Shown here: positions 1 to 11,187 of the stretch, in pieces
Layout: every line of letters begins with the position of its first letter
Position numbering within the stretch: the stretch's first letter is position 1
From: Rebecca billardiae RCC1528
Taxonomy: Eukaryota > Protista > Haptophyta
DNA: 64,000 bases
Assembly: GCA_965240325.2 (NCBI GenBank)
Contig: OZ251227.1
Span: forward strand, 186,001 to 250,000
Reading direction: 5' to 3'
Translations under genes and position numbers: made by a program
The notes under the pieces: generated by a model
What the model saw: the letters and a program-made list of their open reading frames with translations, nothing else
Databases searched by the model: none
Told to the model about the DNA's origin: nothing

Positions 1-410
1 GCTCGCGTGCCAAGCTGTGGCCCACATGGCGCGTGACGCACGCGCACGACATCGTTCCGCACCTGCCGCCGCGCAACTGGCTGGTGCCGTACGTGCTCAC
101 ATACGAGCATCACACGCGCGAGGTCTGGTACGACAACTACACCGACAGCACGCACCACATCGTGTGCAACGGCACCAATGGCGAGGACTTTGCCTGCGCT
201 GACTCGGTGTGGGTGTACCAGCTCTCGGTGAGCGACCACCTGCACTACCTCGACCAGCCGGTCTCGAGCTACGCATGCTCGGCAGCCGGCGCGCCAGGGC
301 GGATGGCGATGCCATTGATGACGACGAGCGCACGACGACGCGCGCGGGCTCTGATGCCAGGGCCTCCCGCTGGGGCCGTCGGAGGGCCTCGTGTAACGAC
401 TACGCGATGA
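1..410 (+). CDS. Class 3 (fungal-type) lipase, C-terminal part; 5' end lies outside the window
   Basis: [14 protein letters not shown] (catalytic Asp region), [10 protein letters not shown]-x5-ED-x2-C and SVSDHLHY (catalytic His) match Lipase_3 C-terminal motifs. Confidence 0.85.
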   Translation, partial: SRAKLWPTWRVTHAHDIVPHLPPRNWLVPYVLTYEHHTREVWYDNYTDSTHHIVCNGTNGEDFACADSVWVYQLSVSDHLHYLDQPVSSYACSAAGAPGRMAMPLMTTSARRRARALMPGPPAGAVGGPRVTTTR

Positions 411-548
411 TCGACTCACTGAGTCGTCGACTGCGCTGGCACCGCGTCCGCTGCGATTCACTCACACTGCGCTGCTGTAAGCGTAGTGCAGTAACGGTAA
501 CTATACGTACCAATAATTCGATCTATACCGGCGCGGAGTCGGATGTCC

Positions 549-669
<121 letters not shown>

Positions 670-689
670 TCCTCAGTCTTTACTCTTTT

Positions 690-3600
690 ATGGCGCACGG
701 CCCCCCCGAAAGGTCTGAGCGTGAGCGAAAGCCGGGGGGGGCGGCGCACGTGCTCCGCAAAATCAAATAAAAGAGGATGCGCGCAGGATTTTGGGGATTT
801 TTCGGTAGGTGGCCACCGCGTATGAGTGGATATCGCTGCCGCAATGATTGCGTTTGTACTGCCCCTTAATTTTAACGATAGTAACACTTAGGGGAATGCA
901 GGGTGGAATAGCACATAACACCAGCCGTGTGTTAGAACATTCCGTCATAGTAAGATGCCTGAATTGTAAGAGCCTGAAACAGCTCGCCAACCATAGAAAC
1001 GATAGGTTGGGTCGTCAGCTTTGATTCACGCGCTTCTGAAAAACAGCGTTTTAGATTAGTAGGGGGTCCAAGCCAGCAGCCCACCGATTGGTGATATTTG
1101 ACAACCATGCCATGTAGGCGTCTGATGAGCGTGACGCGTGCGGAGTCACCCTCAAATATGTCCCAGAGCCCAGCCCAGCCGCCAGAAGCACTAAAAACCG
1201 ACTCCGCGTGTCGTCGCGCGGCCGCGCGCGCACGCAGCGGCGCCCGCTGTGTCACATAGAGATTCAGCCGAATGTTACCTACTTGTCATGGCAGCTAGAT
1301 GACGATACGCGGTCGGGCTTACTTATTGACAAGCGCTGCCCTCTATCCAGAGGATTTTATGGTGAAAATACCGAAAAAGTGGGGCACAATGCTGTGCGCG
1401 TAGACGTCCATGAAAAACTACTCCAAGATCGAGCACATTACCCATTTAATTATGGGAATGTACCCGCATACAAGCACCATGTTACCCACTATATATCGAA
1501 TGCGGTTAATTTTGCCATATGTATTCAAGCGAGTGCCTATACATGGGTACCTTGCTCACTACTTGCTGGGTCATCCGAATACGGAGTACGGCGGCGCCGA
1601 GACGGCTCATGCCACTGGACTCAGCACATCAGTGAGTGCCGGCCCGCGAACGCGGGCCTGATGCCGGTGGCGGGCTGCACGTGCTGCGGCACACGGCCAA
1701 CTCCGCCACTAAACATGCCGCCACCATCCCGGCGTGAGAGTCCTCTCCGCCGTCGAGGCTGGCGTGCGCAGACTAGCTCGCCATGTGCCGGGCGGCTTCC
1801 TTGCCCGTACTCAGGTGTCACCGGCACCGTCGCCGTTCGTCGTACCCCAGCCCACGCGAGGCCGCCGCCGGTCCACCTCTGCTGCGGCTACAGCGCTTGC
1901 AGTCGAGGCTGCTCCAGCTTACCTCTGACTCTGCGAGCTGCTCGGTGGCGAGCGTTGAGCTCTCTGCCTCCACTGCCGCGCCCAGCAGCACTCCTGCCCC
2001 GAGCATCATGCAGTCCGCGCGCTGCTCCAAGACGGCCGCCAACAGTGGCGCAGGCACTCCCGAGACGAAGACACGGTGTGCAGATGTGGCAGCGGTCATA
2101 GCGGAGCTTGGTGGCGCGCGTTTGCTCCGCAGCAAGCTTGACGTTCGTGACAAGGTGCACGCTCTTCGCCTCAGCGCAGCTCGGCTGCTGCATGCAGCCA
2201 AGCGGCACGCCAAGTGGCACAACAAACAAGCCGACACGTGCCGGCTGGAGCTTCTGGCGGTACTACTGTGAGCTGGAAGACAGGCCCCGCGCGTACACAG
2301 GGTCGCCGAGCTTGCTTACCACCCACGACTGCCGCGCACTCCCGTTTGCGAACGAGCGGCCAGCGATCGCGCGAGTGCATGCGCAGCGCGTGGGGAGGTG
2401 AGCACTGCACGCACCAGGCCGAGCGCCGGGGGGTCATTCATGCTCATCATGGACAAGCTAAACCAGGTGTAAACCAGCGCGCAGCGTGCACGCTTCACCT
2501 GAAACCGGGGCTGCGTTGTCCGCGCTCATCCGGATGAGAGTTCGAACGGCGCGCAGAGCGGGGCTGTGAGGTTCAAGATGTCCGGTGAGAGCGAGCTGCC
2601 AGCGATCATTTGGTCGACCGCTGTCATGGTGGCCACCCTGACTCGCCCGCCCCCGCGCCTCTGACGCCAGAGCGCGCTCCGCCGCGCCGACGCGACGATG
2701 AAGTCCACCGCCCAGGCGTGCTACTCGCCCGATCTCGGGCTCGACCGTGCTCTGAACGGCCGCGGCCCGTGCTGCCGCAATTCGAGGCAACAATGTTCGG
2801 AAATGGTCACCGCGAAATCGGTCAGTCGATTTTCGATTTTTAATTCCGCGGCTTGGACCCCCTAAGATTAGACGCATCCCTCTTCTCTTAAGAGAACTGG
2901 TGGGCCGTTCGTGATGGTGGGCCGTTCGTGATTCTCCTGCTGATATACACTTTTGGTTTGCTGTTTCCAATTCAAAGAGTAAAGTATCGTCTCCTATTAT
3001 CCTTCTCCTCTGAAGAGAACCACACTTCAAAAACAACGTTTCAGTATCAACGTATTACAATGCGGGTGGGATTCGACATCTCTATCTGCGAGGATTAACA
3101 GCTCTCTGAAAACGAGTGTGTCCTGGACAACTTGAAAGGGCAGCGATCGGCTTTGATTCTGCCTCTTGTAGTAAAGTTTTATGGTACGAGTTAACGAACC
3201 GTCACTTCTGGTATCTCTGGTCGCGAACAGTCACGATCCAACCGCCGCCAAGGGTGGTACCCTTGCCGCCGCCCGCACGTCGGCGCGAGTCCCGGTGCGA
3301 TGCGGCGGCGGCTGAAGGGAGCGAGGGCGGTGGTGGCGGCACGGACGAGGGAGGCGCGCCGAACGGCATGTCCGTCCTCACCCTCGCCAGCGGCGGCCGC
3401 CCGCGCGTCACCGCCGCCGGCTCTCAGCCGACGCCGCCGCCCGCGAGTGCCGCCTGAATGAACGGCGCGCGGCGAGCGCGTCACGGCAGGCGGCGGGGGC
3501 GGCGACTGCAGGGAGCGAGGGCGATGGTGGCGGCGCAGTCGAGGGAGGTGCGCCATCCGGACAGCGCGGCGGCGCGGCGCGCGGCCGAGCGCGGGAGCCT

Positions 3601-4365
3601 GGGCGGCGGCGGGCGCGCGGCGGGGCATGTGCCATGTGGCGCATGTGCTGCCCGAGAGGCTGGCGCACTCGCCCAGCGCCGCCGCGCACACCGCCGCCGA
3701 CCTCGCGCGCACGACCTCCGTCAACTCCTCCGTCAGCGGCGGAGAGCGCGTCGCCTCGCCGCCCACGCTGCCGCCCAGCCGGTTCGTCATCCGAGCGCTC
3801 GCCGGGCGCCCGCGGCGTCACGGCGGCGTGCGCCGGGCCGCGGTCGCCGCCTACTAAGTGGTGGGACCGCCGCTGGGGGGCGGGGCGGGCGGAGGAGATG
3901 GCGGTGGCGAAGGAGGACGCGGTGGTGGACGTGGACGTCACGCAGTCCGAGCTGCACTGGCTCATCCACCTCCTCTCTGCACTCGACCCGCCGCCGTCAC
4001 CGACGGCGCAGCAGCTGGCGGCGGCGATGGTGGCGGGCGCGGCCGCGGCCGAGGCGGGCGCGCGCCGCGCGCGCCGCTGCGGCGGCGTGGAGCGGCGGGA
4101 GCTGAGCGGCGCGCTGCTGCACACGCAGTCACGCTGCGCACGTGCTGCAGACGCTGTACGAGCGCGCCACCGCCGACGCCGTCGCGCCGCCGCTGCCCCC
4201 GCCGCACCGGCACCGTCCGACCGTCCGACCGTGTCGTCACAAGCCGCGGCTGCTGCTCACATTCACAAGCTCACTAGCTAGTAGCTGCGTGATGGTGACT
4301 AGCCACTAGGGCCGTGCGCCCTCAACTTCGTTGTTCACTACCCGAAGATCGGCGTAGCCGATCAT
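690..4365 (+). mobile_element. Non-autonomous Helentron/Helitron2-like element A with cargo fragments
   Basis: GGCGCACGGCCC (692-703) is inverted at 4309-4320; linker, then hairpin GATCGGC-gta-GCCGATC (4347-4363) and ATT; same layout as elements at 27230 and 58268; interior is a mosaic of AT-rich and broken GC-rich coding-like DNA. Confidence 0.65.
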
Positions 4366-4533
4366 TTATATATTAATAGTATTAAACAATATAATATATA
4401 TATATATCGATTATATCGTCTCTCGATCTCTCTCTCTCTCTCAGTCTCTGAGTCTCAGCTCTAGCTCTCTCTCTCTAGCTTTACTCTCTCTCCGTCTCTC
4501 TCTGCTCTCTCTCTCTCTCTCTCTGCATATTAA

Positions 4534-5887
4534 TTAGACGGTCGTGCCAAGCTGCTCGAGCACGCGCTGCCAGCGGTGATCGCGCAGCGCGGCATGCGAG
4601 TCTGCGGAGCACAGCCTGTGCTCGGTGCGCGCGCGCGTGAAGGCGTCTCGTAGGCGCGTCGCGACGTGCCACGTTGGCAGCAGCCGCCGCTCCTCGGCCG
4701 CTGAGTAGCGCAGCAGCTCCTGCGCCTCGCGCTCCGCCAGACAACGCAGCCTGATGGGCGCCCCCCAGCGCTGGGCCAGCCGGTCGGCGTGTGCCGACAC
4801 GTTGTTGAACGTGACGCCGCGGAGCTTGCCGTGCAGCGCTGCAGCCGCAAGGATGTCGAGCGTGTGCATGCGGCGCGCAGGCGTGGAGGGGTTGTCGTGC
4901 TGTGCGGCGGTGGCAGCCTGGCTGCGTCCCTCGCGCATCGCCTGGCACGCGCCGGCCGCGTGCATGAGCTCGCACAGCAGCTCCGTCATGAGCGCAGCGC
5001 TGCCACCCGCGCTGGCGTGCAGGTTGAGTAGCCGCACCGTGCCTCCGCCCGGCGCGAGCGCGCGGTGCAGCCGGTCGTGCGCTGGCCCCGTCCAGCTGGC
5101 GCGGATGGTACGCAGCCTGGTCGCCGTGGCACTGCTCCCGTGCGGGCTCGCCAAGAAGTCTACCAACGGCGTGTGCTTCTGCGCCGCTTGGAGGAGTGGC
5201 ACGTCGATGTGCGCCGAGGCGCGGTGCTCGTCTTTGAACCACTGGTTGTGCATGCTCACCATCCACTCTGCCACATGCGCGCGCGCGGGAAGGCAGTGGG
5301 TTGGGTGGACTGACCGCAGCCCATGAGCGGCAGCCGCTGCGCACTGTCAGCACGCACGGCCCATGCACGCGCGCGTGCGCACCGAAGAAACGCCTGTACA
5401 CAAGCACAGCATGCACACGGAACGGCGGGCTGAAGATTCCCAGCATCTCGTGTACGCGCAGCTTGACCGAGGCGAAGCTCTCGCCCGACAGAAGCAGCGA
5501 ATGCCCACGCGCAGACGCTGCAGACACGGCCTCCTGCAGGGCGGGGCGCAGCTGCCGGAGCCAGCGCGGATCCGAGGTCGACGGCGCCTGCTGGAGCGCT
5601 AGGGCAGCATACTCGTGCCGCTTGAGCACGTCGCCGTCTGGTCGGAGCGGGATTGCCGTCGGCACATCCACGCCGTCGGCTGCGAGTGTGCTGCGCATGC
5701 GCGCGTCAAAGATGGCGGCTTGCATCGCGGTGCTCGACGTCTTCCACGGCCCAGCGAGCAGCCAGCAGTCTTGCCACGCGCTGCTCGCTGCGCCCAACGA
5801 TGACGCATTCCCTCGCGTGGCCCTGCCCCTGACTGTATGGAGAGAGAACAAAATTGTGAGAAAGGCGAGCCGCCGCCGGGCCGCCAT
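4534..5887 (-). CDS. Secreted or membrane-anchored sulfotransferase-like P-loop protein (intron 5268-5382)
   Basis: Hydrophobic leader; AGPWKTSSTAMQ (5'-PSB-like), LLLSGESF, and VYRRFF|EWMVSMHNQ restored by splicing a GT..AG intron. Confidence 0.65.
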
Positions 5888-5990
5888 GCTGATGACTGTC
5901 GAAAGGTACTGTCTTACTGAACCGGGGCCATACAGTACGACCATACTGCTTGCGCTGATTCTCGATCTGCGCTGTACAGTGTTGATCAGG

Positions 5991-7790
5991 ATGCGCGACG
6001 CCCGGCCCAAGCGCCGGAGGCGCCCCAGTCGCGACCGAGCCCGCGCACGCCCTCCCCAAGTTGATGGCCGGCCGGGCGCAGCGTGCGCGACAGCCGCGCT
6101 CCTGGCGGCGATGGCCGCCTCGGCCGCGGGGCAGGTGAACACCTCGAGCCCGGCGTCGACGCGTGCAAGCGCGATGAGCGCTCCGCCGGCTGCTGCACCC
6201 GGTGTCCCGTTGGAAGCAGCCGGCGCGCGGGCGGTCGAGTTCGAGGCGACGCTCATGCGCCACGCGTGTGGGATTGGCGCGCCGCACTGCGGCATTCGCG
6301 GCTGCCGCGACGCGGCCCATCGCTTCTACTACCGCGCGCACCCCGCCCACACGGCGGGCACCGAGCTGTGCTCGCTCGACAACGTCACCGCCGCGCTGGC
6401 CCCGGGGAGCGGCGCGCTCACGCGGTACGTCACGGCGGTGTACGGCGAGGAGGCCGACCCGGCGGCGAGCAGCGCGCGCGACGCGTGGTTCGCGCGCCGG
6501 CTCCGCGACTTCGTCCAGGTGCTGTACCTCGAGCACCTGCCGGAGCCGCTGCTGCGCGCGTGCCGGTGGCCGCCCCACCCCGAAGGCGCGGACAGCGTGT
6601 ACGCGCTGCACGGCATCATCGCGCAGCCGGCGGGCACGCTGTGGGTGTACCGGCTGCCGATCCCCCCCGCGTGCGCGCACGCGCCGAACGAGCTGCGCAT
6701 GCCCAGCCCCGCCTCCGTCGGCCCTCTGCGCGCGCACGAGCGCACCTCCCCGTACGTGGAGGTGACGCACGCATGGGCGGACGGCGCGCACGCGCTCGAG
6801 GGCCGCGCGCTCTGGATGTACATGGCGGTGGGCAGCGGGCTGTGGTACAAGCTGCCGGCGGCGCTCGTGCCGGGCGACGTGGTCAACGTCGACAAGGCCG
6901 CCCTCGAGGACGACACGCGGCGCGCGCAGCTGCAGACGGCGCTGCGCGCGCGCGGCGGCGCGGACACGGCCGTGCGCGTGCGGTGCGAGCGCTTCAGCCG
7001 CGCGCCCCGCCTCGAGCTCGTCTCGCTGCGGAGGGTGCCACTGGTCGCGCCGCCGGCCGGCGGGGGCGGGGGCGAGCGTGCAGCGGCCGAGCGCCCGCGC
7101 GCGCTGCCGTCGGACGCGTGCGCGCGCCACTTTGCTGGCGGCTGGCCGCCGCGGCCGAGTGCGTGCGCGTGCGCGTGGGACGAGGGCGGGGCGCTGTGGC
7201 CGCGCGCGCTCTCGTGCGCGGGCCGCGCGGCGAGTACGCCGGCTGTCTACCTGCCAGCATCGCTCTATCGCTTCAACTACTCGTTCCCGGAGCTGCCAGG
7301 TGGATCCGTCTCCCAACCGCCACCGAGTGCTCCGAGTGCCCCGCGTGCTCGCGGGCATCGTCGGCGCAGCAAGCCTGGCGGATCGCGCAGGGCGCCCGCG
7401 GCCAAGCGGCCCTTCACCACCGTGAAGTGGACGGCTGCACACCGCCGCCCGCCGCCGTCCCGGGCGGGCGGGCGGGCAAAGGCGAAGGCAGGGCCGGCGC
7501 GAAAGGCGCCTCGTCCGTTCACCGTCGTCGCGGCTCGGAGCGGACGAGAGCTCGCAGCGCAGCCGGCTCGTATCAAAAACAGCAGGGCATCGAACACGTC
7601 AACGCCCTCAGAGTCGGCACCGTCATCATCGTCATCCGCGGAGGCCTCGTCGGGCGACCATCATGAGCAGCACGACCACTGTCAGATGATCGACAATTCG
7701 ACAAATGACGACCTGGCGCCGCGTGCTTCCAGCCCTGCGTCGTCGCCGACCACGGCGTTGATTCACTGGCACCGGGCAACGACGGCCTGA
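5991..7790 (+). CDS. Hypothetical protein with N-terminal hydrophobic segment
   Basis: Long ORF with host-like codon bias and globular-looking motif YVEVTH...WMYMAVGSGLWY; start codon uncertain. Confidence 0.6.
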   Translation: MRDARPKRRRRPSRDRARARPPQVDGRPGAACATAALLAAMAASAAGQVNTSSPASTRASAMSAPPAAAPGVPLEAAGARAVEFEATLMRHACGIGAPHCGIRGCRDAAHRFYYRAHPAHTAGTELCSLDNVTAALAPGSGALTRYVTAVYGEEADPAASSARDAWFARRLRDFVQVLYLEHLPEPLLRACRWPPHPEGADSVYALHGIIAQPAGTLWVYRLPIPPACAHAPNELRMPSPASVGPLRAHERTSPYVEVTHAWADGAHALEGRALWMYMAVGSGLWYKLPAALVPGDVVNVDKAALEDDTRRAQLQTALRARGGADTAVRVRCERFSRAPRLELVSLRRVPLVAPPAGGGGGERAAAERPRALPSDACARHFAGGWPPRPSACACAWDEGGALWPRALSCAGRAASTPAVYLPASLYRFNYSFPELPGGSVSQPPPSAPSAPRARGHRRRSKPGGSRRAPAAKRPFTTVKWTAAHRRPPPSRAGGRAKAKAGPARKAPRPFTVVAARSGRELAAQPARIKNSRASNTSTPSESAPSSSSSAEASSGDHHEQHDHCQMIDNSTNDDLAPRASSPASSPTTALIHWHRATTA

Positions 7791-8001
7791 CGAACCGCCG
7801 GTCCGAAACAGCACTGGGCTGCACTGGCTGGCAGGCAGCGCTGTGACAGTGTGAGCGCATGCGGGCTAAGGCCTCCGCCGCGGGACGGTCGGGGTCGGAG
7901 CTGGCGCCTGCTGCACTGATGCATGACTATAGCAGCAGCCGTACTATATATATATATATACAACTTGAACTACGACTACGACTATGCACTACGCGCTAAT
8001 A

Positions 8002-8032
<31 letters not shown>

Positions 8033-9548
8033 GCGCAATGATGAGTGACGATATATATACTCATCATCATATATTCTGGTGATGAACACATCATCAGCGC
8101 GCGCTATTTTATATTAAAAATAGTTTATTTAATTCGGATATATTATTCATCAAAGCTCCAGCTGCGAGACCCAGCTCCGACCCCCTTATTAAAGGCCGTT
8201 AATTGTGTGTCCAATACTGCTGTCCAAAGTAATACCGGAGTAGGAATACGAAGAATGAGGCCGCGCCCGAAAGGTTTTTTGATTAGGCACGCCTTGGGAA
8301 TCGAGAACGCATGTCGTTACCTTTTTGAGCGCGCCTCATAGGGACGTCGTTGCGCGATTCCCACCTATTTGTTGACGCTTTTCTACGACTATCCGCTCCC
8401 ACGGTTGAGGAACCGCGACGAGTGCTTTCGCCGCCGCGCCGCGTGCGCTCGGCACACACGATTGAGAATGACGAACGAGCTCAGCGCGCTGATGCAGGAG
8501 GCAAAGGCCGCGCGCGACACGTAGAATGGCGCTCAGCCGACGTGGCTCGACGACGCTGCTGGCACTCGCGCTCGCACACACTGACACTGTCGTGCGCGAC
8601 GAGGATCAGCTGGCCGCGGGCCTCCGCCGAACCCAGCGCCAGATGCCATCGTCGGCGTGACGGCGTCGCGAGGTGCTGCGCCGATCTGATCTGGCGGAGA
8701 TCCAGCGGCACGTGGTGGCGATCAAGCAGCCGCAGCCGCATCAGATGACGTGGACGAACAGCCTCATGGAGAAGCTTGTACCACAAGCCTACCATAAGCC
8801 AGCCGCTCGCCGACTTGCCCGACTACTATAGCTAGTACTACTCGCGCTGGCTCGTCATCAACGGGCGCGGCCTTCGAGCCGTCACCCGCGCCGCCCGCGG
8901 CGCGCGGCGCATCGCGGAGGTGCGTGCCCGCCGGCGCGAGCTGCACGAAACAACATGCACACCGACGCGAGCCGCTTGTACCACGTCGTGCCCGACGGGC
9001 CGTGCTCAGCGACGGCTGCAAGTCTACGCCGTGCAGGTTGTGCCCTGCGCAGCTCGCCCCGCGCCTGCAGACCGGTGGGCCATCCGCGGTGCGTGCCGTT
9101 GCCGCGCTGTCGTGCCCAAGCGGCCGTGCGCAGCGACGCGACTGCATCGACGCGCGTCGGCCGTGCGCCTCGGTGGGCCTTGCTAAGAACCGCGGTGGCG
9201 GTGCCGGCGCCGCGGACCGCGGTGCGGGCCGCGCTGCCGCGCCTCTCGCGCACTACGCAACCGCGGCGCGCCACCGGATGATACCGTGAGTCAGCGCTGA
9301 ACGGCCAACTCGTCCCATCGTCGTCGGGTCTGCCGGCCCTAACCAGCTTCTCCGTCGCGTCCGAGACGCACTGTGTTCGACCAGCCCCACCGGGACAAGG
9401 CCGCCAGGCCCCCGCTGTTTACATCACTCGTCGGCTCATCTGTCATCAGCTACTACGTCTACGGACAGTACGGTACGACTCTCGTGGCGAATATTACTAC
9501 GCGACGCGCCGCTGATGATGCTACCTGATATAGTAGTGCTGGTACAGT

Positions 9549-9563
9549 AGAGAGAGAGACGGA

Positions 9564-9652
<89 letters not shown>
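9549..9652. repeat. (GA)n microsatellite
   Basis: Near-pure GA run. Confidence 0.95.
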
Positions 9653-9654
<2 letters not shown>

Positions 9655-10116
9655 GAGTAGTATAGTTGTATACATATATATAGTAACGTTAGCACTATAG
9701 CAGCAGTGTCAGCAGTCAACTGTCGAGTGCCATGCCTGGCAGGCACTGCCACGTCGTGACTCCGTCTCCGACTCTGACTCTCTGAGTGCCAACTCTCGTG
9801 AGCGGCGTGAGCCGGTGACGGGGCGTGACGGTGAATCACCGCGGCGGTGGGCACCCGCTCACACCGCTGGCCGGCTCGTCAGAGTTACCGCGGCTGCGCC
9901 GGGCTGCGTCCGCCCCACCCACGCGCGCAGGCCGCCAGCGCCGCCCAGGTGGCCAGTGGCCGCCAGGCCGCTGCGCCTGCGGCGTGGCCCCGGCGGCCCG
10001 GCGGCGGCGCGGCCCATGAGCCCCGGGGCTCGGGGCCTCTGGCCCGGACCGCGCCGGTGCCCTGCCTGTCCATGGGTGGTGGAGTACACTGTGCAGTCTA
10101 CAAGGACAAACTAGTA

Positions 10117-10163
10117 GTACAGTTTACTCAGAATAGGAGACGCAAACAGCTCAGGCAGGCGAG
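10117..10163 (+). repeat. 47-bp dispersed element; second copy inverted at 30851-30897
   Basis: GTACAGTTTACTCAGAATAGGAGACGCAAACAGCTCAGGCAGGCGAG versus reverse complement of 30851-30897, 3 mismatches. Confidence 0.85.
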
Positions 10164-10257
10164 TACAGTGAAGTACGACGTCATGGGAGTCAAGGTTCCC
10201 GCGCCCCAGTGGGCGCGCTCGTCAGATGTTGGCACACAGATTTCTGACCCGCGCCAT

Positions 10258-11158
10258 GCGGCGGCGGCGGCGATGGCGTGCTCTGCTGGCGGGGCGAGCG
10301 CACGGGGCACGGCGCTGCGGGCGTGGATGTGCCCGTGAAGCCGGCGCGTGCGGACGGGCTGTTGCGGGAGAGCATCCGGCGCCCTCCTGCGCCGCGCGAC
10401 TTGCGCCACGCCTCTTTGTTGGCCTCGGCTCGGGGCAGCGCGCACGCGCGCGCCGCCTCAAGGCCAGCCTTGCCTCGCAGCAGCCGACCGCGCGGGCGCC
10501 GTGCGCGGCGTGGGCGGGGTGGAACGGGCTCTGCTGCCGGGCGAGATGGCGACACTATGGGCACACGCAATGCCGCCCCGCAGCGCCGCGAAAGGGCACG
10601 AGAACGGATCTGCAGAAGCTGTTGACGAGTGCTGATCACTTGTCGTGCCCGAAAGCCAGACCTGAGCTCGAAGAAGATGATGAAAGAGCATCAGCGCGAG
10701 GAAAGCGTCGCATCCAGCTCTTCTGCATGACCACGCGGTGGTGAACATCCATGCAAGAGTAGAGGCCGGGCTCACCATTTGTGACCAATCGAAGTGGCAT
10801 GCAAACGGACCGACGACACGCTCGTCAAGACGTGACGGGGCGGCATGGCGTGCGCATATGACGTCGCCATCTCGCCTGGCAGCAGAGCCCGTTCCTCCCC
10901 GACCACGCCGCGCACGGCGCGCGCGCGGTCGGCTGCGGCGCGGCAAGGCTGGCCTTGAGGCGGCGCGTGCGCGCGCGCTGCCCTGAGCCGAGGCCAAAGA
11001 GGCGTGGCGCAAGACGCGCGGCGCAGGAGGGTGCCGGGTGCTCTTCCGCAACAGCCCGTCCGCACGCGCCGGCTCCGCGGGCACATCCACGCCCGCAGCG
11101 CCGTGCCTCGTGCGCTCGCCCCGCCAGCGGAAGACGCCATCGCCGCCGCCGCCGCCGC
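10258..11158. mobile_element. Foldback element: ~320-bp inverted arms (10258-10580 / 10836-11158) around a ~255-bp spacer
   Basis: Arms align as reverse complements with scattered substitutions; no clear TSD. Confidence 0.75.
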
Positions 11159-11187
11159 GAGCTTGCATGCGCAATCATTGTCACGCA

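Noticed and set aside
8030-9430. Possible fourth cargo element (AT-rich head plus decayed GC-rich body)
   Set aside because: No convincing paired IR or terminal hairpin found
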